From Candidatus Poribacteria bacterium (GTDB taxonomy: Bacteria; Poribacteria; WGA-4E; PCPOR2b): a stretch of DNA of 64,000 nucleotides. Made by a program: the position numbers and the translations under genes. This document shows positions 48,189 through 57,907 of the stretch, one piece after another. The stretch covers positions 4,256,001 to 4,320,000 of the forward strand of contig OZ220744.1 of the NCBI GenBank assembly GCA_965116925.1, given 5' to 3'. Each line of letters opens with the position of its first letter. The stretch's first letter is position 1. The notes beneath the pieces were generated by a model that saw nothing but the letters and a program-made list of their open reading frames with translations, was not told the origin of the DNA and searched no databases.

Positions 48189-49838
48189 CTATCCGAAGGG
48201 ACGCCTGTACGAAAAGGCGGTTTCCTCGCTGGTGATGAATTCAAGCAGTGACGCTTGTCCGTCCTCGGTGGCTTTCCGAGCGCGTAGAATCGCCGGACCG
48301 ACATCTGCGGGATCCGCTACCCGCTCCGCCCAGCCTCCCATAGCCCGTCCCATATCGGCATAGTTCCCACCAATGTCTCGTGTCCTGTACAACTCATGAG
48401 ATCTCGCCATGTGCGTCGTCTCTATAGCCATGGTGGAGTTGTTCAGCACTACGGTGAGGATTGGTATACTGTTTCGGGCAGCTGTCTCGAAGTCCAACCC
48501 TGTCATCCCGAATGCAGCATCCCCCATAAAGTTGACCACGAATTTTTCGGGCGCAGCGAGTTTCGCCCCGATATTAAGCCCAAGTCCGGTTCCAAGTCCG
48601 TGCGACTTGCCCCAGCCTAGGTACGTTCGGGGACCACCTGATTGATAGAACGGCATTAGTTGGTCGCGAGGGCTTCCAGAGTCGTGGGTGACAATCGCTT
48701 CCGCCGGATCGACATTGTTCATGAACTCCCAGATGACGCGGTAGGGAGTGATGGGAACCTCATCCGATGTAAGTTTGGGCGTCCACTCCTTCAACCACGC
48801 TTTCCGAACAGATGCGATCTCTTCTGCAACTTTGTTGTCGGCTTGGTTGGTGCTTGGACGCAGGTCTTTGCAAGCCTCAATGAACTGCTGCAGTACTAGC
48901 TTGGCGTCCCCAACGACAGGATAGTCGGTGTAGTAATCTTTATCTATGTCTATCGGATCATTTGTCGCATGGATAAAGGTCTTACCCGAAGGAATAGTCG
49001 TGGTCATGCCGTGCTTTGTGAAGGAGGTGCCGATCCCGAATACCACATCGGCTTGACCCAAGAAGTGGTAGACACAGCCGTTCATAACACTTGAGCCGCT
49101 CCCCAGAGCCAAAGGGTGCTTTTCGGGGAAGGCACTCTTTCCCGCCAACGTGGTCATGACGGGCACCTGTAGCAGTTCTGCTAGCTCCACCAACTCCTCG
49201 GTGGCGTCCGCGCATAGTACACCCTGGCCGGCGTGGATGATGGGGGCTTTTGCGTCCAGCAGCGCGCGGGCTGCCGCAAGGATATCCTGAGAATCGGCTT
49301 TTGAAAGTGTGGATTTGACGGGCTTGTAACCCTCAAGGATTGATGCGTCTACCTCTGCGTCCGCGATGTCGGTGGGGATCTCAACCATGACGGGACCAGG
49401 CCGCCCCATCTTGAGCCTAGCGAATGCCCGGCGCATTGTCTCGCCAACCTGCGAAGCGGTGCTGATCTGCTCGACGGATTTGGTGATGTCTGAAAAGCTG
49501 CGTACCGAGCTGAAGAGAGGGAATACGCCATCACGTGCTCTAGGGTGACCCAGTGGGAGCAATAGCATGGGCACGGCGTCTGAGTAGGCGGTGGCAACGC
49601 CTGCGAAGGCGTTTTCGGCACCGGGCCCATTCTGCATGGCGAACACCCCCGGTGGGCTTCCGTTATTTACTCGTGCGTAGCCGTCTGCGATACCGACCCC
49701 TACCCGTTCCTGACGGCAGATGATTGGTCGTATGCCAACCTCGGCGGTTGACTCGATCAGAGCGGTTGTGGGATAGGCACTGAGGTACTCAACGCCCTCC
49801 TTCTTCATGATATGCGCTATGGCATCAAGAACTTTCAT
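48189..49838 (-). CDS. Thiamine-pyrophosphate-dependent enzyme (acetolactate synthase-like)
   Basis: RQER..ADGYAR, Q.GPG.EN, GRPGPV, GDAAFGM...NN TPP motif. Confidence 0.9.
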   Translation of the reverse strand: MKVLDAIAHIMKKEGVEYLSAYPTTALIESTAEVGIRPIICRQERVGVGIADGYARVNNGSPPGVFAMQNGPGAENAFAGVATAYSDAVPMLLLPLGHPRARDGVFPLFSSVRSFSDITKSVEQISTASQVGETMRRAFARLKMGRPGPVMVEIPTDIADAEVDASILEGYKPVKSTLSKADSQDILAAARALLDAKAPIIHAGQGVLCADATEELVELAELLQVPVMTTLAGKSAFPEKHPLALGSGSSVMNGCVYHFLGQADVVFGIGTSFTKHGMTTTIPSGKTFIHATNDPIDIDKDYYTDYPVVGDAKLVLQQFIEACKDLRPSTNQADNKVAEEIASVRKAWLKEWTPKLTSDEVPITPYRVIWEFMNNVDPAEAIVTHDSGSPRDQLMPFYQSGGPRTYLGWGKSHGLGTGLGLNIGAKLAAPEKFVVNFMGDAAFGMTGLDFETAARNSIPILTVVLNNSTMAIETTHMARSHELYRTRDIGGNYADMGRAMGGWAERVADPADVGPAILRARKATEDGQASLLEFITSEETAFSYRRPFG

Positions 49839-49993
49839 GGGTCATTAGCGTTCGATTGTAGGAAAGCGAAAGACGAAAAAAACGTGATCCCTCGCTTTCC
49901 CGCTTTTTACGTTTCACGCATCACGTTTCACTCGTGATACCTGACCGGAGAACGTATCCACAGTTACAAACTAGCACCACTAGTTATCTACGT

Positions 49994-50986
49994 TTAAGCA
50001 CATCTAGGATCGTCCGTTTTCCAGCGGTGGAAGGTGGGATTGTCATCGCTCCCCGACAGCCGGCTGCGCGTCTCATACCACAGATTTGCCCACTCCTCGG
50101 CATCGTGCAACTCACTCTCCGGATTGGAGCGGCTGCGCGCAACAAAGCCTGGAAATGCACTGCGTCCGGTCGGCTGACCCGTTGGGTTGTAGCGCAGGTC
50201 GAAGCTCCAGCGGATATTATCGCTGTTATTTGGCAGCGAGCTATGACAGTTGAGACGGTGAAAAAATAGGACGCCTCCGCGCTTGAGCGGGATCGGTACG
50301 CTATCTGGCTCACGCAGAAATTTGCCCGGAATGTGACGACCAAATCCTCTTGACAGGTCGGTGCTCGTAATGCAGTGCTGCAGTAATCCTTCACGGTGGC
50401 TTTTGGGAATAACTTCGAGGCAGCCATTTTCAATCGTAGCATCCCACAAGCCGAACCAAACTGTCAGCATATCGGTTTCATCCGCCTCTGGTGTGACAAC
50501 CCCAGTATCCTGATGCCATGGGGTCGCCCCTATCTGGGGACGTCCGGTATCTTCGTTGATTGGACAGAGGTGCTCCGGCGGCTTCAGCCGTACATGCTGC
50601 ACAGGGTTCGAGTAAATTTCGGGACCAATCAACGATTCAATCGCATCAAGAAGTCTCTCGTTACGGAGAAGGTGGAAAACTTTCGGTCCCACCCACATCG
50701 GTGTGTCTGGCTGCACATTCTGCTGCGGTAAAGAAAAATCGAAATACTGTGCATGTACCCTACCGGATTCAGCGTAAATTTTCGTCAGTCGATCGCCAAA
50801 CGGCAGGTCATCATACATCGAAGATATTTCGCCGTTATCATACAGTTCTTGGGCGAGTTGATCCAAGACGCCTGCGTACTCTTCAATGACTGGATCTAGG
50901 TCTTGTTCGGGGTCCAACACGTCTTCAACGACCAGATATCCCTCTTCCTTAAATTGTGCCACTTGGGCTTCGGTCAGATGCGCCAT
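49994..50986 (-). CDS. PhyH-family dioxygenase
   Basis: FKEEGYLV, PWHQD, NGCL.VIP.SH, H.SLPN....RWSFDLRY. Confidence 0.9.
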   Translation of the reverse strand: MAHLTEAQVAQFKEEGYLVVEDVLDPEQDLDPVIEEYAGVLDQLAQELYDNGEISSMYDDLPFGDRLTKIYAESGRVHAQYFDFSLPQQNVQPDTPMWVGPKVFHLLRNERLLDAIESLIGPEIYSNPVQHVRLKPPEHLCPINEDTGRPQIGATPWHQDTGVVTPEADETDMLTVWFGLWDATIENGCLEVIPKSHREGLLQHCITSTDLSRGFGRHIPGKFLREPDSVPIPLKRGGVLFFHRLNCHSSLPNNSDNIRWSFDLRYNPTGQPTGRSAFPGFVARSRSNPESELHDAEEWANLWYETRSRLSGSDDNPTFHRWKTDDPRCA

Positions 50987-51176
50987 CTTGTTACCTTCCT
51001 TTGTGTGGATTGTATCCGACTGCTTCCTATAGGACGGGTTGAGCAAGCTGTTCCTAGCTATAATTATAACAGAATTCTGAAAAATTGAGAACACAAAAAT
51101 CAACAGGAGCAAAACGGAGTGCCAAATGGAATGACAAGCGAAGTTTTGATCGTGTTATAGTGCCGCCGAAAAGGTG

Positions 51177-51205
51177 TTGACCGGTTTTTGGGGTTGTGCT
51201 ATAAT
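51177..51205 (+). promoter_or_regulatory. Sigma70 promoter for the symporter operon
   Basis: TTGACC-17 nt-TATAAT with extended -10 TG. Confidence 0.6.
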
Positions 51206-51290
51206 TCCAAATTAAAATGGAGATCGAATAGCCCTTTTTAAGGAATCCGACTGGCTATAAAACGAAATCATATTTTTAGGGTAGTTGCTT

Positions 51291-51539
51291 ATGATAGATC
51301 AATTTGTTATATTCGCTCGCAGCATTCTGTCGGACAACTGGTTTGCGTGGTTTTATCAATACCTGTTCGGCGGACTGTTCTTTTTTGCTTCCCTCTGGCT
51401 GACGCTGCGTGCCGGGATCGTTTATAAGGGACTACGCGCTGACCGGCGGATCATCTGGGTGCTCGTCGTCGGCTTCTTCCTGTTTGCTGGCATCCACCTG
51501 ATTTGGATCTTTTCTGTGGAGGGACCCCCTGGCAAATGA
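51291..51539 (+). CDS. Small two-TM membrane protein
   Basis: Two hydrophobic segments; stop overlaps the symporter start (ATGA). Confidence 0.65.
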   Translation: MIDQFVIFARSILSDNWFAWFYQYLFGGLFFFASLWLTLRAGIVYKGLRADRRIIWVLVVGFFLFAGIHLIWIFSVEGPPGK

Positions 51540-53368
51540 GCGACTCACTCCATACACTCGATTACACCGTCATTGTCCTCTACTTCGCAGCGATTGTGGC
51601 TTGTGGTATCTACTTCGGACGATATACGAAATCCACGGCGGACTTCTTCTTCGGTGGACAACGCTTTGTCTGGTGGTTGGTCGCCGCGTCATGTATTGCT
51701 ACTCTTGTCGGTTCCTACAGTTTTATCAACTACTCCGATCTTGGCTACGACAGCGGGCTTGCCAGTATGACGTACTACACGAACGACTGGTTCATCATGC
51801 CGCTGTTCCTGCTCGGCTGGTTCCCGATTATCTATTTTAACCGCATAAGCACCATCCCTGAGTATTTTGAACGTCGGTTCGATCGACGCACGCGATTCAT
51901 GGTACTCATCCTGATCGTGCTGTATCTTGTCGGCTACATCGGCATGAACCTACAGACGATCGCTGTCGTTCTGAACCGTGTCATAGGGATGCCCATAATG
52001 GTGGGTGCTGTGATAGTGGCAATCATTTCGCTTGCCTATATGCACAGCGGGGGACAGATGTCGGTGCTCATGACGGATCTGTTCCAGAGCATGATCCTGC
52101 TTGTCGCCGGTATCGGTATCTTCGTGCTCGGCATCAATCACGTTGGTGGCTGGGACGCGTTTTGGAATGGACTGCCGGCGACGCATAAAGTTCCATTCCC
52201 TCAATTCAACGAGCCCGCAAACTTTCACTTCATCGGCACGTTCTGGGGCGACGCGCTTTCAGGCACCGTCGCTTTCTTTTTTATTAATCAGGGCATCATC
52301 CTGCGTTTCCTGTCGGTCAAGTCCGTCCACGATGGTCGCAAAGCCATGATTGTTATGGTGCTTGTCCTGATGCCTATCGCAGCGATCGTTGTCAGCAATG
52401 GGGGGTGGGTCGGCAAAGCGATGGATACTTACGGTTGGCCCGAAGCACCCGAAAAGGCGAAGAGCGTTTTTGTAATGGTGATGAAAGTCATCACCCAGCC
52501 GGGGGTGTTTGGTCTGGTTATCGCTGCGCTGTTGGCAGCGTTGATGTCCACACTCGATACGCTCATTAACGCCGTCTCTGCCGTAGGCGTTAATGACATC
52601 TGGAAGACTGTTGTGCCGGGAAAAGACGACAAATACTATCTCCATGCCGCTCGCTTGGCAGCCGTTGGCGCGACACTTTTGGGGTTGGTGCTCGTTCCCA
52701 TCTTTGAACTGGATGATCAGATCTATACGGCGCATTCAAAGTTTTTCACAACGATATTGCCATCGCTGATTGTGGTCCTGCTGATGGGTGTGCTTTGGTC
52801 CCGTTTCACATCGGCAGCAGCGTTCTGGGCACTGCTCTTGGGATCCCTACTTACCCTCGTCACCCATCACAAATCCCTCTATTTTCTAATTGAACCACTC
52901 GCGCACGGTGTGCCTCCCGATAAGGGATACATCTATATGCGTGGACTGTTTGGTACACTAGTCACAGTAGTACTCGGTGTGGGCATCACGCTCTTTACCA
53001 AACCGCGGCCGAAGTCAGAACTCCCCGGACTCTGTATTGCTACCTTGTCCGAAGGGATGCGGCTGTTTAAGGGCGGCGAACCGAATCGGTCTGAACCGAA
53101 AACTTCCTCACCCCTCCAGTTTCGTACAGATGCGATTGACGCTGACCGTGTGCGGCTGCCGGTTGAGTTGATGGACGAACTTTCTATTCAGGAAGGGGAT
53201 CTCATCTATGTATCGGACGCCCGTCGATGGCTCGGCGGTCTGCGCTCCGTGCATCTGAAAGCCGACGCGCCGCATCAGGAGACTGGTGTCGTCATTCTGA
53301 ACGATGAGGCTGTCGATCGTGCAAACTTCAGTATTGAGCTGCCTGTCACGGTAGAGAAGATACTCTGA
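51536..53368 (+). CDS. Sodium:solute symporter (SSS family) with C-terminal soluble extension
   Basis: DFF.GG, TIPEYFERRFD, SGG, TD..Q, NQ...RFL, AALMST. Confidence 0.9.
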   Translation: MSDSLHTLDYTVIVLYFAAIVACGIYFGRYTKSTADFFFGGQRFVWWLVAASCIATLVGSYSFINYSDLGYDSGLASMTYYTNDWFIMPLFLLGWFPIIYFNRISTIPEYFERRFDRRTRFMVLILIVLYLVGYIGMNLQTIAVVLNRVIGMPIMVGAVIVAIISLAYMHSGGQMSVLMTDLFQSMILLVAGIGIFVLGINHVGGWDAFWNGLPATHKVPFPQFNEPANFHFIGTFWGDALSGTVAFFFINQGIILRFLSVKSVHDGRKAMIVMVLVLMPIAAIVVSNGGWVGKAMDTYGWPEAPEKAKSVFVMVMKVITQPGVFGLVIAALLAALMSTLDTLINAVSAVGVNDIWKTVVPGKDDKYYLHAARLAAVGATLLGLVLVPIFELDDQIYTAHSKFFTTILPSLIVVLLMGVLWSRFTSAAAFWALLLGSLLTLVTHHKSLYFLIEPLAHGVPPDKGYIYMRGLFGTLVTVVLGVGITLFTKPRPKSELPGLCIATLSEGMRLFKGGEPNRSEPKTSSPLQFRTDAIDADRVRLPVELMDELSIQEGDLIYVSDARRWLGGLRSVHLKADAPHQETGVVILNDEAVDRANFSIELPVTVEKIL

Positions 53369-53389
53369 GAGGCTTCCAGTGTCTGCCGA

Positions 53390-55318
53390 TCAGAACAGAA
53401 ATCGGTATGTCGGTACATTCCAGATAGCACCGCGTAGCGACCAGAATCCACCGACGACAAACTCACCCAAAATCAATCCCAGAAACAGCGGAATCGCCTT
53501 TTGATGTGTTTTGACGCCACCTAACTTTAACAGAATTAGTTTCAACAACCAGCTCACGAAAATCGATCCCCAGAACACGTTCATTGACCAACTGCTGGAG
53601 ACCGCAAATCCCGCCGGATGGAACACCCACCAGATAAAGCGCATCCGCATCACCATTAGAAACAGCGTCGTGGCCATACCGAAAATCAGTCCACCCATTG
53701 CGCCGTAGTCCGGAGACAGTGGGTGATACAGCCACGACTGTAATTTATTGAACGGTCGCCAAGCATACCCAATAGCGCCGGAATATCTATAGCCATCGCT
53801 GAGATAAGCCCAAAACGCCACAGGTCCTGTTAGCGCGATTGCTACAATCATCCCCCACAGCAGGCGTCGGTGGCTTGACCGTGACCGCTCCATCAGTTTG
53901 AATCCTTCGAGTTGGTGAGGCATCACATGCCCACGATAGGCACGGTTAAAGAAGTGGAAAAGCCCGTACATGGTCAGTTCGTTTGAGCTGAGGACGCGAG
54001 TTCCTAGCGCTTTGACCAATGTTGTATCCGGTCCTGAGAAATGCAGATCGTGGACCGGGGATCCTAACTCCGCGCGCATCCGTGTAATCGCTGTTGAGAT
54101 AGCGTAGTAGATGAGAAAAAAGAGGAAGCTACTCCACAGCGCCATCCCTACCTGCTGACAGAAAAAGAGCAGTGTCCCAAAGACAAGAATCAGTCCGATC
54201 AGTGCAGCCCGATAGCTCATCGGTTCGTCCACTGATTCCCCACGCCTGCCTCTAATCGCAGCAGAAACGACCCGCTTCAGGTGGTGCCGTGTCATCCAGA
54301 GCGCGATCAGAAATAGCCCCAAGTACGCCCCTGTGGTCTGCTGTTCGATATAGGGAAATTCTGGGATGGAGTGCAAGCCGAGGAGGTTTGCGAGGATCCG
54401 CTCTCCTTTCCAGAACAGATAGAAGAACCAGCAAGCGAATGAGAGATCCAGCGGGATTAAGAACGCAAGTCCAACCGCATAGGGAAAAACGGCAACCGGG
54501 GTCCAACCTATCGCATTCCACGGTTTATTTGTGAAAAAGGGCCGGAGGTCGTAAAGCCGCCCACCGAGACCGGGAATAATTGGAGACAGGAAATGAAGCC
54601 CGTTGAGAATATCAAGTCCCGCGCCCAATCCAAACCCAATCCACATCATTCGATTGGAAAGGAGAGAGGAGCGTCCATCGGTCATCTGAAGTGGGAGTTG
54701 AATGATGGGATAACTCAGTTTTTCCGCCTCTGTCCACGGTCTGCGTACCAAGACATTGATGCAGAGCATCCCAAACACCAGTAGAAAAATGAATCCAGAC
54801 CAGAGGAGGATGGGGAATAGCCATGCCTGTACAACTTGAGGCAGATAGAAACTGGACTCACCTTCGGCGAAGCCTTTTAGAATTTCCTTGTCTTGAACAG
54901 CGAGCCAAGGGGGGATAAACCGCCAGAAGAGTTCCGCCCATTCGTTCTCCGGACGGGCATACCAGAACGGTCCCACTAGGACTGCCATTAGCACCCGCAT
55001 CATGTCGAGTCCCGCAATCCCAGAGGAGATCGACAGCATCACATAGACAATCAGCAGCTCGCCTTGATTCAATGCGGAGTTGGGGGCAAGCTGCTTGAAC
55101 AGCAGATTCAGCAGGAGCAGTATGAATAGGATAAAAATGATGTTGAAAAAGAGGGAGACAGTCGTTGAGGTCGCTTCGCCGGAAGCGATCCAATAGGCGT
55201 TGGCAGGGAGAAGCAACGTGCCGATAAACACTGCCCGCCATCGTGTTCGGTTCACAGGTTGGGAATCGCTGTTTGAAGACGGAGGGATTAGCTCATCGCG
55301 TTTTGCGTTTTTAAGCAT
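53390..55318 (-). CDS. Polytopic membrane protein, DUF6785/DUF6784 (OPT-like) family
   Basis: W...EKLSYPI, DLSFACWFFY, RMRAELG.P, HPAG, FLGLILGE. Confidence 0.7.
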   Translation of the reverse strand: MLKNAKRDELIPPSSNSDSQPVNRTRWRAVFIGTLLLPANAYWIASGEATSTTVSLFFNIIFILFILLLLNLLFKQLAPNSALNQGELLIVYVMLSISSGIAGLDMMRVLMAVLVGPFWYARPENEWAELFWRFIPPWLAVQDKEILKGFAEGESSFYLPQVVQAWLFPILLWSGFIFLLVFGMLCINVLVRRPWTEAEKLSYPIIQLPLQMTDGRSSLLSNRMMWIGFGLGAGLDILNGLHFLSPIIPGLGGRLYDLRPFFTNKPWNAIGWTPVAVFPYAVGLAFLIPLDLSFACWFFYLFWKGERILANLLGLHSIPEFPYIEQQTTGAYLGLFLIALWMTRHHLKRVVSAAIRGRRGESVDEPMSYRAALIGLILVFGTLLFFCQQVGMALWSSFLFFLIYYAISTAITRMRAELGSPVHDLHFSGPDTTLVKALGTRVLSSNELTMYGLFHFFNRAYRGHVMPHQLEGFKLMERSRSSHRRLLWGMIVAIALTGPVAFWAYLSDGYRYSGAIGYAWRPFNKLQSWLYHPLSPDYGAMGGLIFGMATTLFLMVMRMRFIWWVFHPAGFAVSSSWSMNVFWGSIFVSWLLKLILLKLGGVKTHQKAIPLFLGLILGEFVVGGFWSLRGAIWNVPTYRFLF

Positions 55319-55352
55319 TCATACCTCTATTGCTAGTTTCCCGACGTAAATC

Positions 55353-55573
55353 TGTAGTAGATTTTAGAATTAATGGGACACGCCAAACCGGTGCGATTAC
55401 ATGAAAATTAAAAAAACAGTTCGGTAATTTGCTAGCGACACCGGCGCGGTTGAAAACCGCGCCTACCGTATGTTTCGAGGAAAATCGGGATTACCGATTT
55501 AAATACTTAAACTTCATAAAACCGCACCTACCGGGGGAGCGCAAGTGTTTCTTTATTTTTTGAATTCACTATA
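55353..55573. repeat. Miniature element family B, long form with nested insert 55401-55517
   Basis: Same ends as 15154-15255; insert atgaaaattaaaaa...ttaaacttcat carries its own REP. Confidence 0.8.
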
Positions 55574-55600
55574 AATCCATTTTAACCACACGAGGTTGAC

Positions 55601-57130
55601 TCAAGTTTGCTTCTGATTTTGAATCCAACCCCAGAACAGATTGTCGCGCTGGTTGCCCGCAGTCAGATACTCGGCTTTCAAACGTGAAAGTTCATCGTCC
55701 TTATAGTTTACAATCGGTTGACCGTTGCTATCCAGTTCAATGCCGTACTGACCGGCGGCGTTAATACCGAAGATGGCATTTTTCACGGGACCATCGGCGG
55801 GTCCCAACGGCTCCAAATCGTATTTGTCTTGCAGGTCTGTCGGGATTTCGATGCGGCGTAGTGCCTCGATCTGCCATTGCGGTGAGCCTGCCCAGATCGA
55901 ATCGGTGCCCCACAGCACACGACTCGCGCCTAAGCCCTTAATCAGTATCCCCAACATTGCCGCTGCGATCCTCGGATGCGTAATCGCCAACGCACCGAAG
56001 GAGAGACCGATGTCGGCGTACACATTCGACACCCCATATTTTTCGGGAATGGCAGCCATCTCGTCAATCCACGGCAGTCGCCCAGTCCCTTCAAAAGTTT
56101 CGCTCACCCCGCGGGCGTCGCGCCACATCTTCAAGCCAGCGTGATAAATGTGAAAATTCAGTTGGGGCCAATCTTGGGCAGCCTTCCCAAGATCATCCAA
56201 CGTCGCATAGTGCCAGTTTGGGATGCTCTCGTAGTCGATAGGCAGCACCCCCTTGTGGACGCAGATATTTCGGACGCCGTACTTGTGGGCTTTTTCGTAG
56301 GTCGGGTAGGTCAAATCTTCATCGTCCATGCGCCACGGTTTATCAAAGGTAGGTTCAGCACCCAGAACGTCGCCAATGGTGTAGCCCTTCCACGAATCCA
56401 CCTTGAGTTCTGTGGCAGCGCGGTCCATCGCCTCCAGATACTCTGGAACGCTGGGCCAAATCACGCCGTGCGCTAGCACCCGTCGTGTGCCGGACAGTTG
56501 ATTGACCAGATTGCGTGTGGCTACCATCTGATCATCAGACAGAAGTATCTTGTATGGATCGACAGACGGAGATGTACTGAGCAGCGCAATGGTTGTGTCG
56601 CTGTCGAAGAACATGTCCTTCAGGTAGTAATCGAACTTGTAATATTTCAGATCGAGTTCCTGCTCGACCAATTCCGGATTCCAAGGCATCTTGGATTGGT
56701 TGTTGCCGCGGGCAGCGTCCCGTATCCAGAGTTGACCTTCCCAACTGTAGTCATCGTGAACGTGGTGCGTATGAACGTCGAAGATAAATTGGTCCTTGGT
56801 CTCGTCTTTCCGTGCACCCGCTGCCTCTGAATCTTCGGCTTCATCGGTATCTACGTTGTAGACTTCACCATGGACCTGATTCATCGCTAGAAATGCGGCA
56901 GCCATACCGCTAGAGGAACGGAGATAGGTTTGGCGTGGGATGCCCTGACGACTAGCATACAGATCTGCCTCCTCCTGAATCAGCGATTCGACCTGTGCCT
57001 GCTGCTGCGTTTGTGGGGGTGGGAAGCATTCGCCGCTAGAGATGACCTGCGTTGGCACAGGGCATTCCACCCGCTTTTGGTATGCGCGCTGTAGGTGCTG
57101 AAGCTGCTGATTGGTGAGCCACATGGACAT
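55601..57130 (-). CDS. Amidohydrolase_2 family protein
   Basis: FDVHTH, WKGY, CVHKG, IYHAG, WGTDS.W. Confidence 0.88.
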   Translation of the reverse strand: MSMWLTNQQLQHLQRAYQKRVECPVPTQVISSGECFPPPQTQQQAQVESLIQEEADLYASRQGIPRQTYLRSSSGMAAAFLAMNQVHGEVYNVDTDEAEDSEAAGARKDETKDQFIFDVHTHHVHDDYSWEGQLWIRDAARGNNQSKMPWNPELVEQELDLKYYKFDYYLKDMFFDSDTTIALLSTSPSVDPYKILLSDDQMVATRNLVNQLSGTRRVLAHGVIWPSVPEYLEAMDRAATELKVDSWKGYTIGDVLGAEPTFDKPWRMDDEDLTYPTYEKAHKYGVRNICVHKGVLPIDYESIPNWHYATLDDLGKAAQDWPQLNFHIYHAGLKMWRDARGVSETFEGTGRLPWIDEMAAIPEKYGVSNVYADIGLSFGALAITHPRIAAAMLGILIKGLGASRVLWGTDSIWAGSPQWQIEALRRIEIPTDLQDKYDLEPLGPADGPVKNAIFGINAAGQYGIELDSNGQPIVNYKDDELSRLKAEYLTAGNQRDNLFWGWIQNQKQT

Positions 57131-57189
57131 GGAATTTCTCCGAACGATTTGGCGTGTTTGTTAAGGTGAGATTACTATACTGAAAATCG

Positions 57190-57537
57190 TTAGGTCGAGC
57201 ATACGGGACATCGGATAACCTGTCCATCGTTTGGTTCCGGATGCCGTTCGTTATCCAGTTTTCCGTCGGGTCCCTCTAATTGATGCCACATCGCGCATTG
57301 CTGTCGGAATGCTGCGTCGGTTGATTCAACATATTGAAAGGAAAAGACACGGTAGTCGGAGTCAAGCCAACCTTTCAGCGTCGCTGCGAGGTTGCCGTCC
57401 GTGCGACCGACAAGCGCGCGGTAGTACGCGTATTTTGGTGTCTCTTTGATTCGGCGAAGCAGGAAAACGGCGGGCCCCGTGTTATTGATAACAGCGTCGA
57501 TGACACTATCCGCTAGTTGAAACGGTCCTTCCATCAC
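57190..57537 (-). CDS. Small hypothetical protein, possibly degenerate GIY-YIG-like
   Basis: AVFLL...LVGRTD.NL...L, C..WH, N..HP, C-terminal CPVC. Confidence 0.5.
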   Translation of the reverse strand: MMEGPFQLADSVIDAVINNTGPAVFLLRRIKETPKYAYYRALVGRTDGNLAATLKGWLDSDYRVFSFQYVESTDAAFRQQCAMWHQLEGPDGKLDNERHPEPNDGQVIRCPVCST

Positions 57538-57583
57538 GGCATCCTCGGAGGGAGTTTGGGACTGAATCTAATGGCTTATGTTA

Positions 57584-57787
57584 ACCTAAGTTGCTAGTTG
57601 TCAAACCGGCTCGACTTGGGAGACATGCCCAAGCCATAACTGCAGCTCTTGTATACACATTGCGCTCCTCTGGAGCGCAGGGATTAACTCTATCGTGGTT
57701 CTATAGACATATCGCTCCTCTGGAGCGAAAGATAGAATTTGATCTTTAACAGAAAACGGATCGATTTTCAACACTAGCAACTTGCGT
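57584..57787. mobile_element. MITE with IS982-type ends
   Basis: acctaagttgctag ... ctagcaacttgcgt with tatgtta duplication (57577-57583, 57788-57794); two internal cgctcctctggagcg hairpins. Confidence 0.8.
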
Positions 57788-57907
57788 TATGTTAAGAGAT
57801 CGTGCGACAGAAACCGGTTGAGTTCATTAGTGCATTGGTTCATTAGTTCATAGGTGCGTGACCAACCAATTGCTTTCACGTTTTACGCATCACGTTTCAG
57901 ATAAGTC

